From Candidatus Kerfeldbacteria bacterium (lineage in GTDB: Bacteria > Patescibacteriota > Patescibacteriia > UBA10025 > JAHIVO01), in contig CP181398.1 in the NCBI GenBank assembly GCA_047946875.1, forward strand, positions 905,041 through 969,040: DNA of 64,000 bases, given 5' to 3'. A model generated the notes under the pieces. That model was given only the letters and a program-made list of their open reading frames with translations, ran no database searches and was not told the DNA's origin. Shown here piece after piece: positions 8,743 through 18,353 of this stretch. The stretch's first letter is position 1. Each line of letters opens with the position of its first letter. The translations under genes and the position numbers were made by a program.

Positions 8743-8780
8743 GTAATAAAAAATATTTCTTCTTTAACGAAGTAGAGTTG

Positions 8781-8841
8781 CCCGCCTACGGCGGGAGATT
8801 CTTTCGGTCGCCCCGCAACACGTGACTCACTCAGAATGACA
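8781..8841. repeat. REP-like palindromic element
   Basis: CCCGCC-TAC-GGCGGG followed by GATTCT...CAGAATGACA; the ATGACA end is shared with 8531, 49384 and 57495. Confidence 0.6.
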
Positions 8842-8855
8842 AAAGTTATTTTTAA

Positions 8856-9416
8856 TTATGCTTTACCAACGTATTTACCTGTATTTGTATTTACAATTAC
8901 TTTCTCCCCTTGTTCAATAAATAATGGTACATCTATTACTAGATCTGTTTCTAAAGTTGCTTTTTTTGTAACAGAGCCCTGAGCCGTATCTCCCCTTACT
9001 CCTGGTGGAGCTAATTTTATCTCATATTTAATTTTAGTTGGTATTTCTACACCAATTGGGGAGCTATTAAAATTCAATACATCAACCTCAAGATTCTCTA
9101 TCAAAAACTTTTTCTTCTCTCCCAACTGTTTCTCGGTAACAAAAAATTGATCGAAGCTTACTCCGTCCATAAAATAATAATTGTCGCCTTCTTGATAAAG
9201 ATAATTTGCTTTTGATCGACTTATGTCTGCTTCTTCCGCTTTTTCAGATCCTTTAAAACTCTTTTCTAATGTTTGTCCAGTTTTTAAATTTTTGGCAGTG
9301 ATTCGCATTACCCCTTTACCACGTCCCATTTTGATAAAATCATGTTTTACGATAACAAAAGGATCGCCATCTAAAGTTATATACACTCCAGCTCGTAAAT
9401 TATTACTCTCTATCAT
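8856..9416 (-). CDS. efp: Elongation factor P
   Basis: KMGRGKG loop, PPGVRGDTA, VPLFIEQGE. Confidence 0.97.
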   Translation of the reverse strand: MIESNNLRAGVYITLDGDPFVIVKHDFIKMGRGKGVMRITAKNLKTGQTLEKSFKGSEKAEEADISRSKANYLYQEGDNYYFMDGVSFDQFFVTEKQLGEKKKFLIENLEVDVLNFNSSPIGVEIPTKIKYEIKLAPPGVRGDTAQGSVTKKATLETDLVIDVPLFIEQGEKVIVNTNTGKYVGKA

Positions 9417-9427
9417 AAAAATCTATT

Positions 9428-9673
9428 TTATCTGGTAGTAAATGGAATCAATGCAACAAAACGAGCCCGCTTGATAGCAGTGGCTAATTTTCTCTGATGC
9501 TTTGAACAGATACCAGTTTTTTTGCGAGGTAAAATCTTTGCGTATGAAGATGTAAAACGTTGTTGCGCCTTTATATCTTTATAGTCAATTTCTTTCAAAC
9601 CATTAATACAGAAATAGCATCCTTTTGGCTGTTGCTGTGGTTGGTTTTGGTTATTATTGTTGTGTTTTTGCAT
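9428..9673 (-). CDS. rpsR: 30S ribosomal protein S18 (zinc-binding type)
   Basis: CYFC, IDYKD, TGICSKHQRKLATAIKRAR. Confidence 0.97.
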   Translation of the reverse strand: MQKHNNNNQNQPQQQPKGCYFCINGLKEIDYKDIKAQQRFTSSYAKILPRKKTGICSKHQRKLATAIKRARFVALIPFTTR

Positions 9674-9678
9674 ATTAT

Positions 9679-10113
9679 TTAAAAAGGAATATCCTCTACA
9701 TTAATTTCTGGCTCACTTTGCGCTGGCTCAGGTTGTGTAGCTTCCTGGGCAGTGGCTGGTGAAGAAGTTGCACTACCGGCTGTTCCAGCTTTATCTAACA
9801 TAATTAAATTATCAGCGACAATCTCTGTCTTATATTTTTTACTACCACTTTGGTCATCCCATGAACGAGTCTGAAGTCTACCTTCAATATATATTTTACT
9901 TCCCTTTTTTACATATTGACCAATAATATCTGCTAATTTACTCCAAGCTACAATATTATGATACTCAACTTGTTCTTGTTTTTGACCAGCTTTGTCAGTC
10001 CATCTTCTATTTGTTGCTAATCCCAATGAGACTACTGATTGACCACTTGGAATTTTTTTAATTTCAGGATCACGTGTGACATTGCCTATAAGCATTACTT
10101 TATTTAAATTCAT
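9679..10113 (-). CDS. ssb: Single-stranded DNA-binding protein
   Basis: LNKVMLIGN, IEGRLQTRSW, C-terminal DIPF. Confidence 0.98.
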   Translation of the reverse strand: MNLNKVMLIGNVTRDPEIKKIPSGQSVVSLGLATNRRWTDKAGQKQEQVEYHNIVAWSKLADIIGQYVKKGSKIYIEGRLQTRSWDDQSGSKKYKTEIVADNLIMLDKAGTAGSATSSPATAQEATQPEPAQSEPEINVEDIPF

Positions 10114-10129
10114 ATTTTTAAAATAATTA

Positions 10130-10642
10130 TTAAATTTTTTCTTTCAAAATTTCGTCTAGCTTTTCATCTAAATCGTCAAGTTTAATCTTGCCAGCCTCAG
10201 TTGATTCTTTTGGTTTTGATTCAACAACCTTAGCTACAGGAGCAGGTTTTTCTTTCTCTTTTATAGCAATTATTTCTTCTTTAGCTGCAACTACCTTTTT
10301 TTCAGCAATTTTTTCTTGGATCATCTTCTCTTTTGCAATATCTGCTTCCGTTTTTTGATATTTTATGGTAATAAGATATCTTAATACTTCTGGCATCAAT
10401 CTTAAGTCAGCATCAAACTTTTTCAATTTATCCTTTGCCAAATCAAACTCGGCTAAAACATAATAACCGTTAGTCTGGTGTTTAATTTCATATGCAAATT
10501 GTTTATTACCCCAATGTTCTGGTTCTGAAACTTTACCTTCTTCACTTGTAATAAAGCCAAAAATTTTGCTCAAAGCCGCTTCTCTCTCTTTTTCTTCTAA
10601 TTTTATTGGAAAAATTAGTAGTATTTCGTAATGTTGTGTCAT
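10130..10642 (-). CDS. rpsF: 30S ribosomal protein S6 with charged C-terminal extension
   Basis: YEILLI, WGNKQFAYEIK, VLRYLI; rpsF-ssb-rpsR synteny. Confidence 0.95.
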   Translation of the reverse strand: MTQHYEILLIFPIKLEEKEREAALSKIFGFITSEEGKVSEPEHWGNKQFAYEIKHQTNGYYVLAEFDLAKDKLKKFDADLRLMPEVLRYLITIKYQKTEADIAKEKMIQEKIAEKKVVAAKEEIIAIKEKEKPAPVAKVVESKPKESTEAGKIKLDDLDEKLDEILKEKI

Positions 10643-10793
10643 TTGCTTAGTAAATTCAGTTAATTTAAAATATTTTGAGAAAAAAAATACCTTATTTCAA
10701 GGTATATTTTATCTTATGGAGAGTTTAACACACCTCTTATTTTTAATCAAGGTATAGCCTGTTAGTGTCTTTTTCTGCTATAATTTACTAATT

Positions 10794-12035
10794 ATGATAA
10801 AGTATTTCTTTATTTTAGGTACAAATCCATTGATTTCCATTGCGGAGATATTTAGCTTTGCTAAAACAAACAAAACGACTTTAAACATTATTGATGTCAC
10901 GAGTCATATTTTAATTATTGAATCAAAAGAAATTGATATAAACAAATGGCAAGCTTATCTTGGTGGAACAATTAAAATTGGACTAATAATAAATAAATAT
11001 CAAAACATTAATGATTTACTTAAAAGCGTTAATACTGAAACATTACTAAATAATTTTTTTAAACAAACAACACAAAAGATTATCTTTGGCTTTAGCTTAT
11101 ATTCAACTTCATTAACACATTATCAGAATAAAATTAAATCTCTAGGCATTAAGATAAAACAAGATCTACAAAAACTAGACTATAAAAGTAGATTTATTAT
11201 GGCAAAATCTCAAGCCCTAACAGCTGTTCAAATAAATAAAAATAAAATTTTGCAACAAGGGGCTGATATAGTAATTGCTGAAAGCGCTAACGGATTATAT
11301 ATCGGCGTTACCAAAACAATTCAAGATTTTGAAGATTATTCAGATAGAGACTTTGGAAGACCACAACGTGATGCTAAATCAGGAATGATCCCACCAAAGC
11401 TGGCAAAGATAATGATCAATCTTGGCGGTGTATCATCAGACGATCTTTTGTTAGATCCTTTTTGTGGTTCTGGAACTATAATTCAAGAAGCTTTATTAAT
11501 GAATATAAATAATGTTATAGGCAGTGATATAAGTCAAAAAGCAATCAATGACACCAAAAATAATATTGACTGGTTAACCCAAAAATATTCTCTAACAAAT
11601 ATTAATATTTCTTTATACACTGAAGATGTCCAAACGCTTGATAATGACATCGACTCATCTACTGTAGATAAAATAGTTACAGAACCTTATCTTGGCCCTC
11701 AAGATCATTCTGAAAATAATCAGGATAAAATAAACTCAACTATCAATGAATTAGAAAAACTATACCTTGCTGCATTTCAAACTTTCAAAAAAATAACTAA
11801 ACCAAGTTCTACTATTGTCATAGTTTTTCCACTAATTATTATAGACCAAGATATCCACGTACTAAAAATTTTAGAAAAAATTAATAATCTTGGATTTATT
11901 CGAATTGACCCAATACCAGAAAACATTTCTTTGTTTGCTAAAATTGGAGTAACTGCCAGAGGTTCAATGATATATCAAAGGCCTGGACAGAGAGTGCAGC
12001 GCGAAATATTCATTTTTAAAAAAACAAAAAACTGA
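10794..12035 (+). CDS. Trm11/UPF0020-like RNA methyltransferase
   Basis: GMIPPKLAKIMIN, LLDPFCGSGT, IVTEPYLG amino-methyltransferase motifs. Confidence 0.8.
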   Translation: MIKYFFILGTNPLISIAEIFSFAKTNKTTLNIIDVTSHILIIESKEIDINKWQAYLGGTIKIGLIINKYQNINDLLKSVNTETLLNNFFKQTTQKIIFGFSLYSTSLTHYQNKIKSLGIKIKQDLQKLDYKSRFIMAKSQALTAVQINKNKILQQGADIVIAESANGLYIGVTKTIQDFEDYSDRDFGRPQRDAKSGMIPPKLAKIMINLGGVSSDDLLLDPFCGSGTIIQEALLMNINNVIGSDISQKAINDTKNNIDWLTQKYSLTNINISLYTEDVQTLDNDIDSSTVDKIVTEPYLGPQDHSENNQDKINSTINELEKLYLAAFQTFKKITKPSSTIVIVFPLIIIDQDIHVLKILEKINNLGFIRIDPIPENISLFAKIGVTARGSMIYQRPGQRVQREIFIFKKTKN

Positions 12036-12058
12036 GACAAATTAATGTCTCAGTTCTA
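12026..12058. terminator. Intrinsic terminator between convergent units
   Basis: AACTGAGACA/TGTCTCAGTT 10-bp stem, preceded by an A run (U tail on the minus strand). Confidence 0.75.
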
Positions 12059-12478
12059 AAATTTTCAATAGCAATTATTCCCTTGAAGAAAATAATCACC
12101 TCCCTTCATATATATTCGAAGGTTGGAATTTGAAGTCCGTACTTCATCCTTCGAATAGGCCGGGGCAGGCCATTACAACAAGAATAAGATCACCTCCTTA
12201 AAATCCCCGAGATACGGATACATGATTTAATGCTGGAGAGATCATCATCCTATCCTTTCTTTGGTTTAGGTAGTTGAGGTTTCACTTTCTGCGTTTCTTT
12301 GTAATTCGCAGTGCGACGTAAAAGGTGATTATTTTGGGGGTTATTACCCTCATTAGTATTTCTATTGTTGTTATTTTTACAGATAAAACCCTCCTCTTCT
12401 TATATATAAGGTTAGTGATTTAGCTATCAATGAGCTACTTTCTTATTAATTTAATTATATAAAATAAAAGCGAATAAA

Positions 12479-13528
12479 TCAAATCCTAAAATATATTACA
12501 TCTCCATCCTGTACTATATATTCTTTTCCTTCAGTTTTTACCTTACCTTTGTCTTTGGCACCATTCTCTCCATTGTATTCTATAATATCTTGCCACTTAG
12601 AAACTTCCGCTCTAATAAATTTATCTTTAAAATCAGTATGTATTTTACTGCCTGCTATTGGTGCAGACGATCCACGTGACACAGCCCAAGCTCTTGTCTC
12701 TTGTGGTCCAGCAGTAAAAAAAGTCATTAAATCTAACAACTTATAAGCTTTAATTATTAACCTGTCCAAGCCTGTTTTCTCATATCCTAAAGTATTTAAA
12801 TATTCAGTCACTTCATCAGGAGGCATACTTGCTAATTCTGCCTCTAATTTAGCACTAATAGATAAATATTCAGAATCATCTTGATCAATTTTACTTCCCT
12901 CATCTACATTCATTACATACATCATTGGCTTCACGGTCAATAGATTTAATTCATTTAAAATTAATGTCTCATCCTCATCAAATTCTACAGATGATAATAA
13001 TGCTTCATTATCTAAATTAGTTTTTGCTTTCTCATAAACCTTAAGTTTGGCAATCTCCTCTTTATCACCACTCTTAGCTTTTGCAGTCGCCTCTACAATC
13101 CTTTTATCTAAAGTGGCTAAATCAGAAAAAATTAATTCCAGATTGATTGTTTGTCTGTCTGATTCTGGATCAACCTTATTTGATACATGAACAACATCCT
13201 TATCTGTAAAACTTCTAACTACCTGACAAATAGCATCAACCTCTCTAATATGAGACAAAAATTTATTACCAAGGCCTTCTCCTTTATGCGCTCCTGATAC
13301 CAATCCGGCAATATCAACAAACTCAATCACTGTCGGGATTGTTTTTTCAGAATTATAAACTTTTGATAATTTTTCCAAGCGATCATCTGGCACAGCGACT
13401 GTACCAATATTTGGGTCAATAGTACAAAATGGATAGTTAGACGCATCAACCTGATTTTTAGTTAAAGCTTGAAATAGCGTTGATTTACCGACATTAGGCA
13501 ATCCAACGATTCCTATTGATATTTTCAT
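12479..13528 (-). CDS. ychF: Ribosome-binding ATPase YchF
   Basis: GIVGLPNVGKST, NYPFCTIDPN, DIAGLV, EGKEYIVQDGD. Confidence 0.98.
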   Translation of the reverse strand: MKISIGIVGLPNVGKSTLFQALTKNQVDASNYPFCTIDPNIGTVAVPDDRLEKLSKVYNSEKTIPTVIEFVDIAGLVSGAHKGEGLGNKFLSHIREVDAICQVVRSFTDKDVVHVSNKVDPESDRQTINLELIFSDLATLDKRIVEATAKAKSGDKEEIAKLKVYEKAKTNLDNEALLSSVEFDEDETLILNELNLLTVKPMMYVMNVDEGSKIDQDDSEYLSISAKLEAELASMPPDEVTEYLNTLGYEKTGLDRLIIKAYKLLDLMTFFTAGPQETRAWAVSRGSSAPIAGSKIHTDFKDKFIRAEVSKWQDIIEYNGENGAKDKGKVKTEGKEYIVQDGDVIYFRI

Positions 13529-13567
13529 ATGCTTTCATTGTATCAAAAAACCATTTATAATAACAAT

Positions 13568-14287
13568 ATGTTAGATAGATTTTATTTAGAAAAAATTCCC
13601 CTCAAAGGAAAAGATATATTAATCAAAGATAAAAATGTAATACATCAGATTGCAAATGTTTTAAGACTCAAAATAAATAATGTATTTGTAATTTTTTCTA
13701 ACCAAATAGAATACCAAGTGATTATTAAAAACATTGAAAAGGATACAATTACAACTACTATTATTGATAAAACTACCAACCACCGTGAGCCAAATAAAAC
13801 AATTCACCTTTTTCCTGCCTTATTAAAAAAGGATAATTTTGAATTTATCTTACAAAAATGTACTGAATTAGGAGTTACTTCATTCACCCCAATAGTTACT
13901 AACAATACAATAGTTCGTGATATATCAAAAAATAAAATAATTAGATACCAAAATATCCTTAAAGAATCAACTGAACAATGTGGTGGTCTCAATGTCCCAA
14001 TACTTAATCCGGCTATTTCTTTTGCAGATGCAATAAAAAACATTGAAAAATTACCAGGAGAAAAAATAATTGCTTGGGAAGGTCAGCAAAAAAATAATAT
14101 TTCCCAAACAATTAACCCTAAAATTAACACTTATTATCTATTTATAGGACCAGAAGGAGGATTCACATCTGAAGAAATTAAACTAACCAAAAAAAACAAC
14201 TTTACTAACGTGAATTTAGGAAATCGCATTTTAAGAGCAGAAACAGCAGCTATTACTGCTAGTGCGCTTCTATTATTGAATCCTTAA
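13568..14287 (+). CDS. rsmE: 16S rRNA m3U1498 methyltransferase RsmE
   Basis: HQIANVLR, QKCTELGV, FIGPEGGF, LGNRILRAETA; probable start MLDRFY. Confidence 0.95.
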   Translation: MLDRFYLEKIPLKGKDILIKDKNVIHQIANVLRLKINNVFVIFSNQIEYQVIIKNIEKDTITTTIIDKTTNHREPNKTIHLFPALLKKDNFEFILQKCTELGVTSFTPIVTNNTIVRDISKNKIIRYQNILKESTEQCGGLNVPILNPAISFADAIKNIEKLPGEKIIAWEGQQKNNISQTINPKINTYYLFIGPEGGFTSEEIKLTKKNNFTNVNLGNRILRAETAAITASALLLLNP

Positions 14288-14333
14288 ATATTTAGTGATA
14301 TAATTAAAAAGTAATAAATATTAATATAAAACT

Positions 14334-15104
14334 ATGTTTGAAAATGTAAATACTCCCCAAACACCTCAACCTAACCAACCCAACAAGAATGAGCCAAAAG
14401 ATTGGGGTCCCTGGAAACCTATTGATGGCTCAAAAAAAGGCGCTGGTCCTATGCCACCTCCCCCACTAGATCAAGACCCTACTACTCCTGCACCTGGCGG
14501 CGTACCTCAACCTCCAAATCCAAACGTTAAAGTCCCAAGTAATATTAATGTACCAGGAAATATGCCTCCTGATCTTCCAGAACCAAACAAAAGAAAGTTT
14601 ATTATGATTGGAATTATTATATTTGCAATACTTATTTTGTTAATTGCTGGAGCAATATATGCGTTGAATTATTTTAGTGACACAAATGAAAATGTTAATG
14701 ATGTAAATACTAATGAAATTACAAACACAGTTGATAATACAAATAATATAATCAATGAGAATATTAATACATCAGTTAATGAGAATCTAAATTCAATATT
14801 TGATGTTAATACTAATACTGTGAATGTTAACACTGAAACAAATACAAATAGCATTGTAAATGAAAATATCAACGAAAATGCTAATGTTAATGAAAATACT
14901 AACACAATCATTAATAGTGCATTGCTAGACAGTGATAATGACGGATTAACTGATGAAAATGAAGAGATATACGGAACTGACAGAATCAATCCAGATACAG
15001 ACGGAGATGGATATTTGGATGGCGATGAAATTACCAGTGGTTATAATCCACTTTGTAATTCTAAAACAGCAGTAGAGACAGGATGTAATGTAAAACTACT
15101 TTAA
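14334..15104 (+). CDS. Membrane protein with Pro-rich N-terminus, Asn-rich stalk and DxDxDG Ca-binding repeats
   Basis: DSDNDGLTD...DTDGDGYLDGDE..GYNP repeats; one TM helix. Confidence 0.8.
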   Translation: MFENVNTPQTPQPNQPNKNEPKDWGPWKPIDGSKKGAGPMPPPPLDQDPTTPAPGGVPQPPNPNVKVPSNINVPGNMPPDLPEPNKRKFIMIGIIIFAILILLIAGAIYALNYFSDTNENVNDVNTNEITNTVDNTNNIINENINTSVNENLNSIFDVNTNTVNVNTETNTNSIVNENINENANVNENTNTIINSALLDSDNDGLTDENEEIYGTDRINPDTDGDGYLDGDEITSGYNPLCNSKTAVETGCNVKLL

Positions 15105-15173
15105 TAAAAATATAAAAATCGGGCTATTAATAAGTCCGATTTTTTATTACTTAATAATGGGAATAAATACTAT

Positions 15174-15201
15174 TTGACAATAATTTCGTACGTGATAATA
15201 T
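15174..15201 (+). promoter_or_regulatory. Sigma70-type promoter for the putative ncRNA
   Basis: TTGACA (15174-15179), then TAATAT after 16 nt. Confidence 0.55.
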
Positions 15202-15215
15202 ATTAGAGTTCTTTA

Positions 15216-15474
15216 GTTGAAGAAGGTCTTCGAAGAATCGAAGGACAAAACCTTAATTGGGGTTGTTAGTAGGAGTACGTAAAAGTCCGCGAGTTTATTA
15301 GGATTCAGAGGTGCTTGTGTGCCACAAATAAGGCACTAAACGCACTTAGCGTGGCTTGGTAAGGCCTCGCGACAATTACCGAACTGGATTCGAGGAACTG
15401 GCTCCCCTATCGCCTTATGGTAGGAAGCGTACATCAGGCGTGCTAACTTACTTTGATTTTGAATCTTCTCCAAC
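15216..15474 (+). ncRNA. Putative structured ncRNA (rod-like, possibly 6S-like)
   Basis: GC-richer region with no long ORF; 5'/3' closing stem and nested helices; flanked by a promoter and a terminator. Confidence 0.65.
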
Positions 15475-15481
15475 GCTATAT

Positions 15482-15513
15482 GTCCCGTTTAGATTTATTC
15501 TAAGCGGGACTTT
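15482..15513. terminator. Intrinsic terminator
   Basis: GTCCCGTTTAGA/TCTAAGCGGGAC stem followed by TTT. Confidence 0.75.
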
Positions 15514-15525
15514 ATTTATTTAATA

Positions 15526-16050
15526 TTATTTTGAATACTCTCTCAGCGCTTTAGATATCCAACGAAATGCAAATTTTTTATACGGAATATTTCTTTTCTT
15601 AAACCACTGGAACTCACTCACATCATCTTGAGGTTTAATATTACCTGATGATATTTCACATATATAAATAATATTCAAAGCATAAATTTTATACCTTTCA
15701 AAATAAAAATCAGTATAAATCCCAAAATACTTTATATTTTTTAATTTTACATTTAATTCTTCTTTCATTTCCCTTCGTAACCCTGGAATTGGATCTTCCC
15801 CATCTTCCAAAAAACCACCGGGAGTATCCCAAGAACCTTTATTGGGTGGTACCGCTCTTTTTACTAATAGAAGTTCACCTTTTTTATTCCTGATCAAAGC
15901 AGATACTGTTGGTTTGGAATTTTGATAATAAACAAAAGCACACTTAGTACATACCAATCTAACCAAATGATCATGTTTTTTCTTAGCTAATTTTGCTCCA
16001 CAAATTGGACAAAATTTAAATATTGAGTGACTTTTGCTTTTCATAAGCAC
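15526..16050 (-). CDS. NUDIX hydrolase with N-terminal zinc ribbon
   Basis: FCPICG..CTKC; PGGFLEDGE...RREMKEEL Nudix box. Confidence 0.9.
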   Translation of the reverse strand: MLMKSKSHSIFKFCPICGAKLAKKKHDHLVRLVCTKCAFVYYQNSKPTVSALIRNKKGELLLVKRAVPPNKGSWDTPGGFLEDGEDPIPGLRREMKEELNVKLKNIKYFGIYTDFYFERYKIYALNIIYICEISSGNIKPQDDVSEFQWFKKRNIPYKKFAFRWISKALREYSK

Positions 16051-16858
16051 GTACTACATTTTTTAATAACATCGCTACGGTCATTGGACCAACACCTCCC
16101 GGCACTGGAGTAATCCAACTTACTTTATTTTTCGCTGATTCATAATCAACATCCCCTATTGCTTTATTATCTACTAAATTATAACCAACATCAATGATTA
16201 TTGCATCTTTTTTTATCATCCCTTCTTTAATAAAATTTGGTCTGCCTAATACGGCTATAACAATATCAGCCTGCAAAAGAACTTCTTTATAATTATCTTT
16301 ATCTGGATGACTAACTTCTACTTCCATTTCTTTTTGTTTTAATAAATATTCTAAAGGTTTACTAAAAACTTCACTATTTGCTAGAACGACTGCTTTTTTG
16401 CCTAATAAAATTTCTTTAGTTTCTTCTAATAAGATTACTACTCCCTCCGCTAATCCAGGAATTAAGCATTCTTTTCCCTTCAATAATAATTTAATATTTT
16501 CTGGATGAAATCCGTCAACATCTTTTTTCGGTTCAATAGATGCAATAATTATGTCCTCATCAACATTCTTTGGCAATGGAAATTGAACCAATATTCCATT
16601 AACTTCATTATTAATGTTTAAAGATTCAATAATATCTATTATTTCACGTTGTGAGATAGTGACTGGCAATAAATATTTTTTAATTTTTATACCAACTTTA
16701 TTTGCCGCCTTCTCCTTTAGACTTACATAAATATGAGAACCAAGATCATCCCCAATTAAAATAATAGCCAAACAAGGTTGGCCATCAAATTTAGCTATTC
16801 TTCTTTTTAAATCCTGTTGAATAGAATTAGCGATTTTTTTACCGTCTAAGATTTTCAT
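16016..16858 (-). CDS. folD: Methylenetetrahydrofolate dehydrogenase/cyclohydrolase
   Basis: ILDGKKIA, GILVQFPLP, KDVDGFHP, TPVPGGVGPMTVAML. Confidence 0.97.
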   Translation of the reverse strand: MKILDGKKIANSIQQDLKRRIAKFDGQPCLAIILIGDDLGSHIYVSLKEKAANKVGIKIKKYLLPVTISQREIIDIIESLNINNEVNGILVQFPLPKNVDEDIIIASIEPKKDVDGFHPENIKLLLKGKECLIPGLAEGVVILLEETKEILLGKKAVVLANSEVFSKPLEYLLKQKEMEVEVSHPDKDNYKEVLLQADIVIAVLGRPNFIKEGMIKKDAIIIDVGYNLVDNKAIGDVDYESAKNKVSWITPVPGGVGPMTVAMLLKNVVRAYEKQKSLNI

Positions 16859-18128
16859 AAATTGGATATTTATCAGATAGTTCTGTAACTTTTTTTCGGA
16901 CTTCTTTTTTTACCAACTCCTTCTTAGAATTATTAATTGTCTTATCTATTAAATCTGCTATCAACTCCATATCCTCTTCTTTAAATCCTCGAGTAGTTAT
17001 AGCTGGTGTTCCTAACCTTATCCCAGATGGATCCATCGGCTTACGCTGATCAAATGGTACAGTATTTTTATTAGTCGTAATACCTATTTCATCTAAAACA
17101 GTTTCCGCTTCCTGTCCAGATATATTCTTATTAGTTAAATCAATCAACATTAAATGATTATCTGTCCCACCAGTTACTAATTTAAAGTCATATTCAATAA
17201 GTCTCTCAGCCAAAGCCTTTGCATTTTTAACAACTTGTTCACCATATTGCTTGAATTCTTTAGTTCCAGCTTCTTTAAGCGCTACAGCTATTGCAGCTGT
17301 CTGATGGTTATGTGGGCCACCTTGTAAACCAGGAAATACTGCCCTATCTACCAAATTGGCTAAATTCCATTTGGACTCAGGATGATATAATTCTTTAAGT
17401 CTATCTTCTGTAGAAGGACACATTATCATTGCACCACGAGGACCCCTAAGCGTCTTATGAGTAGTTGTAGTAACAACATCGGCATGCGGAACAGGAGAAT
17501 TATGAACACCAGCAATGATCAACCCAGCTATATGAGCTACATCTGCTAACAAATAAGCATCAACCTCTTTGGCAATTTTAGCAAATGCAGCAAAATCAAT
17601 TTCCCGAGGATAAGCCGATGCACCAGCAATTATCAATTTAGGTCTTTCTTCTTTTGCTCTTTTTAATATTCGATCGTAGTCTAGTCTGTGTGTCTCTTCA
17701 TTCACTCCATAAGGAGCTGGATGATAATATATACCAGAAAAACTAACTTTCCATCCATGAGTCAGATGACCACCATGAGTCAGGCTCATCCCCATTATCT
17801 TATCTCCTGGTTTTAACAATGCCATATAAACAGCTTGATTAGCCGGAGAACCAGAATATGACTGAACATTTACATGCTCAACATTAAAAAGTTTTTTTGC
17901 TCTTGCTATTGCTGTTTTCTCGACTACATCAATAAATTCATTACCACCATAATACCTTTTGTTAGGATAACCTTCTGAATATTTATTAGTTAAGACAGAG
18001 CCAAGTGCTTCCAAAACCGCAGGAGAAACAAAATTTTCAGATGGGATCATTTCTAATCCACCTTGTTGTCTTCCAATCTCATCTCCAATTGCCTGATATA
18101 TTTTTTTGTCCTCTTTTAACTCCTTCAT
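16839..18128 (-). CDS. glyA: Serine hydroxymethyltransferase
   Basis: SENFVS, NKYSEGYP..RYYGG, TTTTHKTLRGPRG. Confidence 0.98.
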   Translation of the reverse strand: MKELKEDKKIYQAIGDEIGRQQGGLEMIPSENFVSPAVLEALGSVLTNKYSEGYPNKRYYGGNEFIDVVEKTAIARAKKLFNVEHVNVQSYSGSPANQAVYMALLKPGDKIMGMSLTHGGHLTHGWKVSFSGIYYHPAPYGVNEETHRLDYDRILKRAKEERPKLIIAGASAYPREIDFAAFAKIAKEVDAYLLADVAHIAGLIIAGVHNSPVPHADVVTTTTHKTLRGPRGAMIMCPSTEDRLKELYHPESKWNLANLVDRAVFPGLQGGPHNHQTAAIAVALKEAGTKEFKQYGEQVVKNAKALAERLIEYDFKLVTGGTDNHLMLIDLTNKNISGQEAETVLDEIGITTNKNTVPFDQRKPMDPSGIRLGTPAITTRGFKEEDMELIADLIDKTINNSKKELVKKEVRKKVTELSDKYPIYENLRR

Positions 18129-18315
18129 AACTCTATTTTACTGGAAAAACTAAAACAAAGCAAAGAAAAGGAAAAAACCATTAATACTATCTACAATTTG
18201 ACCAGTCACCATTTTATACTAAGATTACTTAATTAAAAATAAATATAAACACAAAAGAAACTTTGAAAAAAATGGAGTAATTATGTTAAACATTAACCTT
18301 AAACAAACACAAATC

Positions 18316-18346
18316 AAAATCCGTATGTTGACCATACGGATTTTTT
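18316..18346. terminator. Intrinsic terminator
   Basis: AAAATCCGTATG/CATACGGATTTT. Confidence 0.7.
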
Positions 18347-18353
18347 ATTATCT

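Noticed and set aside
12188-12200. 16S rRNA 3'-end fragment (GATCACCTCCTT)
   Set aside because: No adjoining helix 44/45 sequence, so this is not an rRNA gene.
14680-14915. AAT-rich quasi-repeats
   Set aside because: Low-complexity Asn/Thr/Val linker within a coding region; not a DGR or tandem array.
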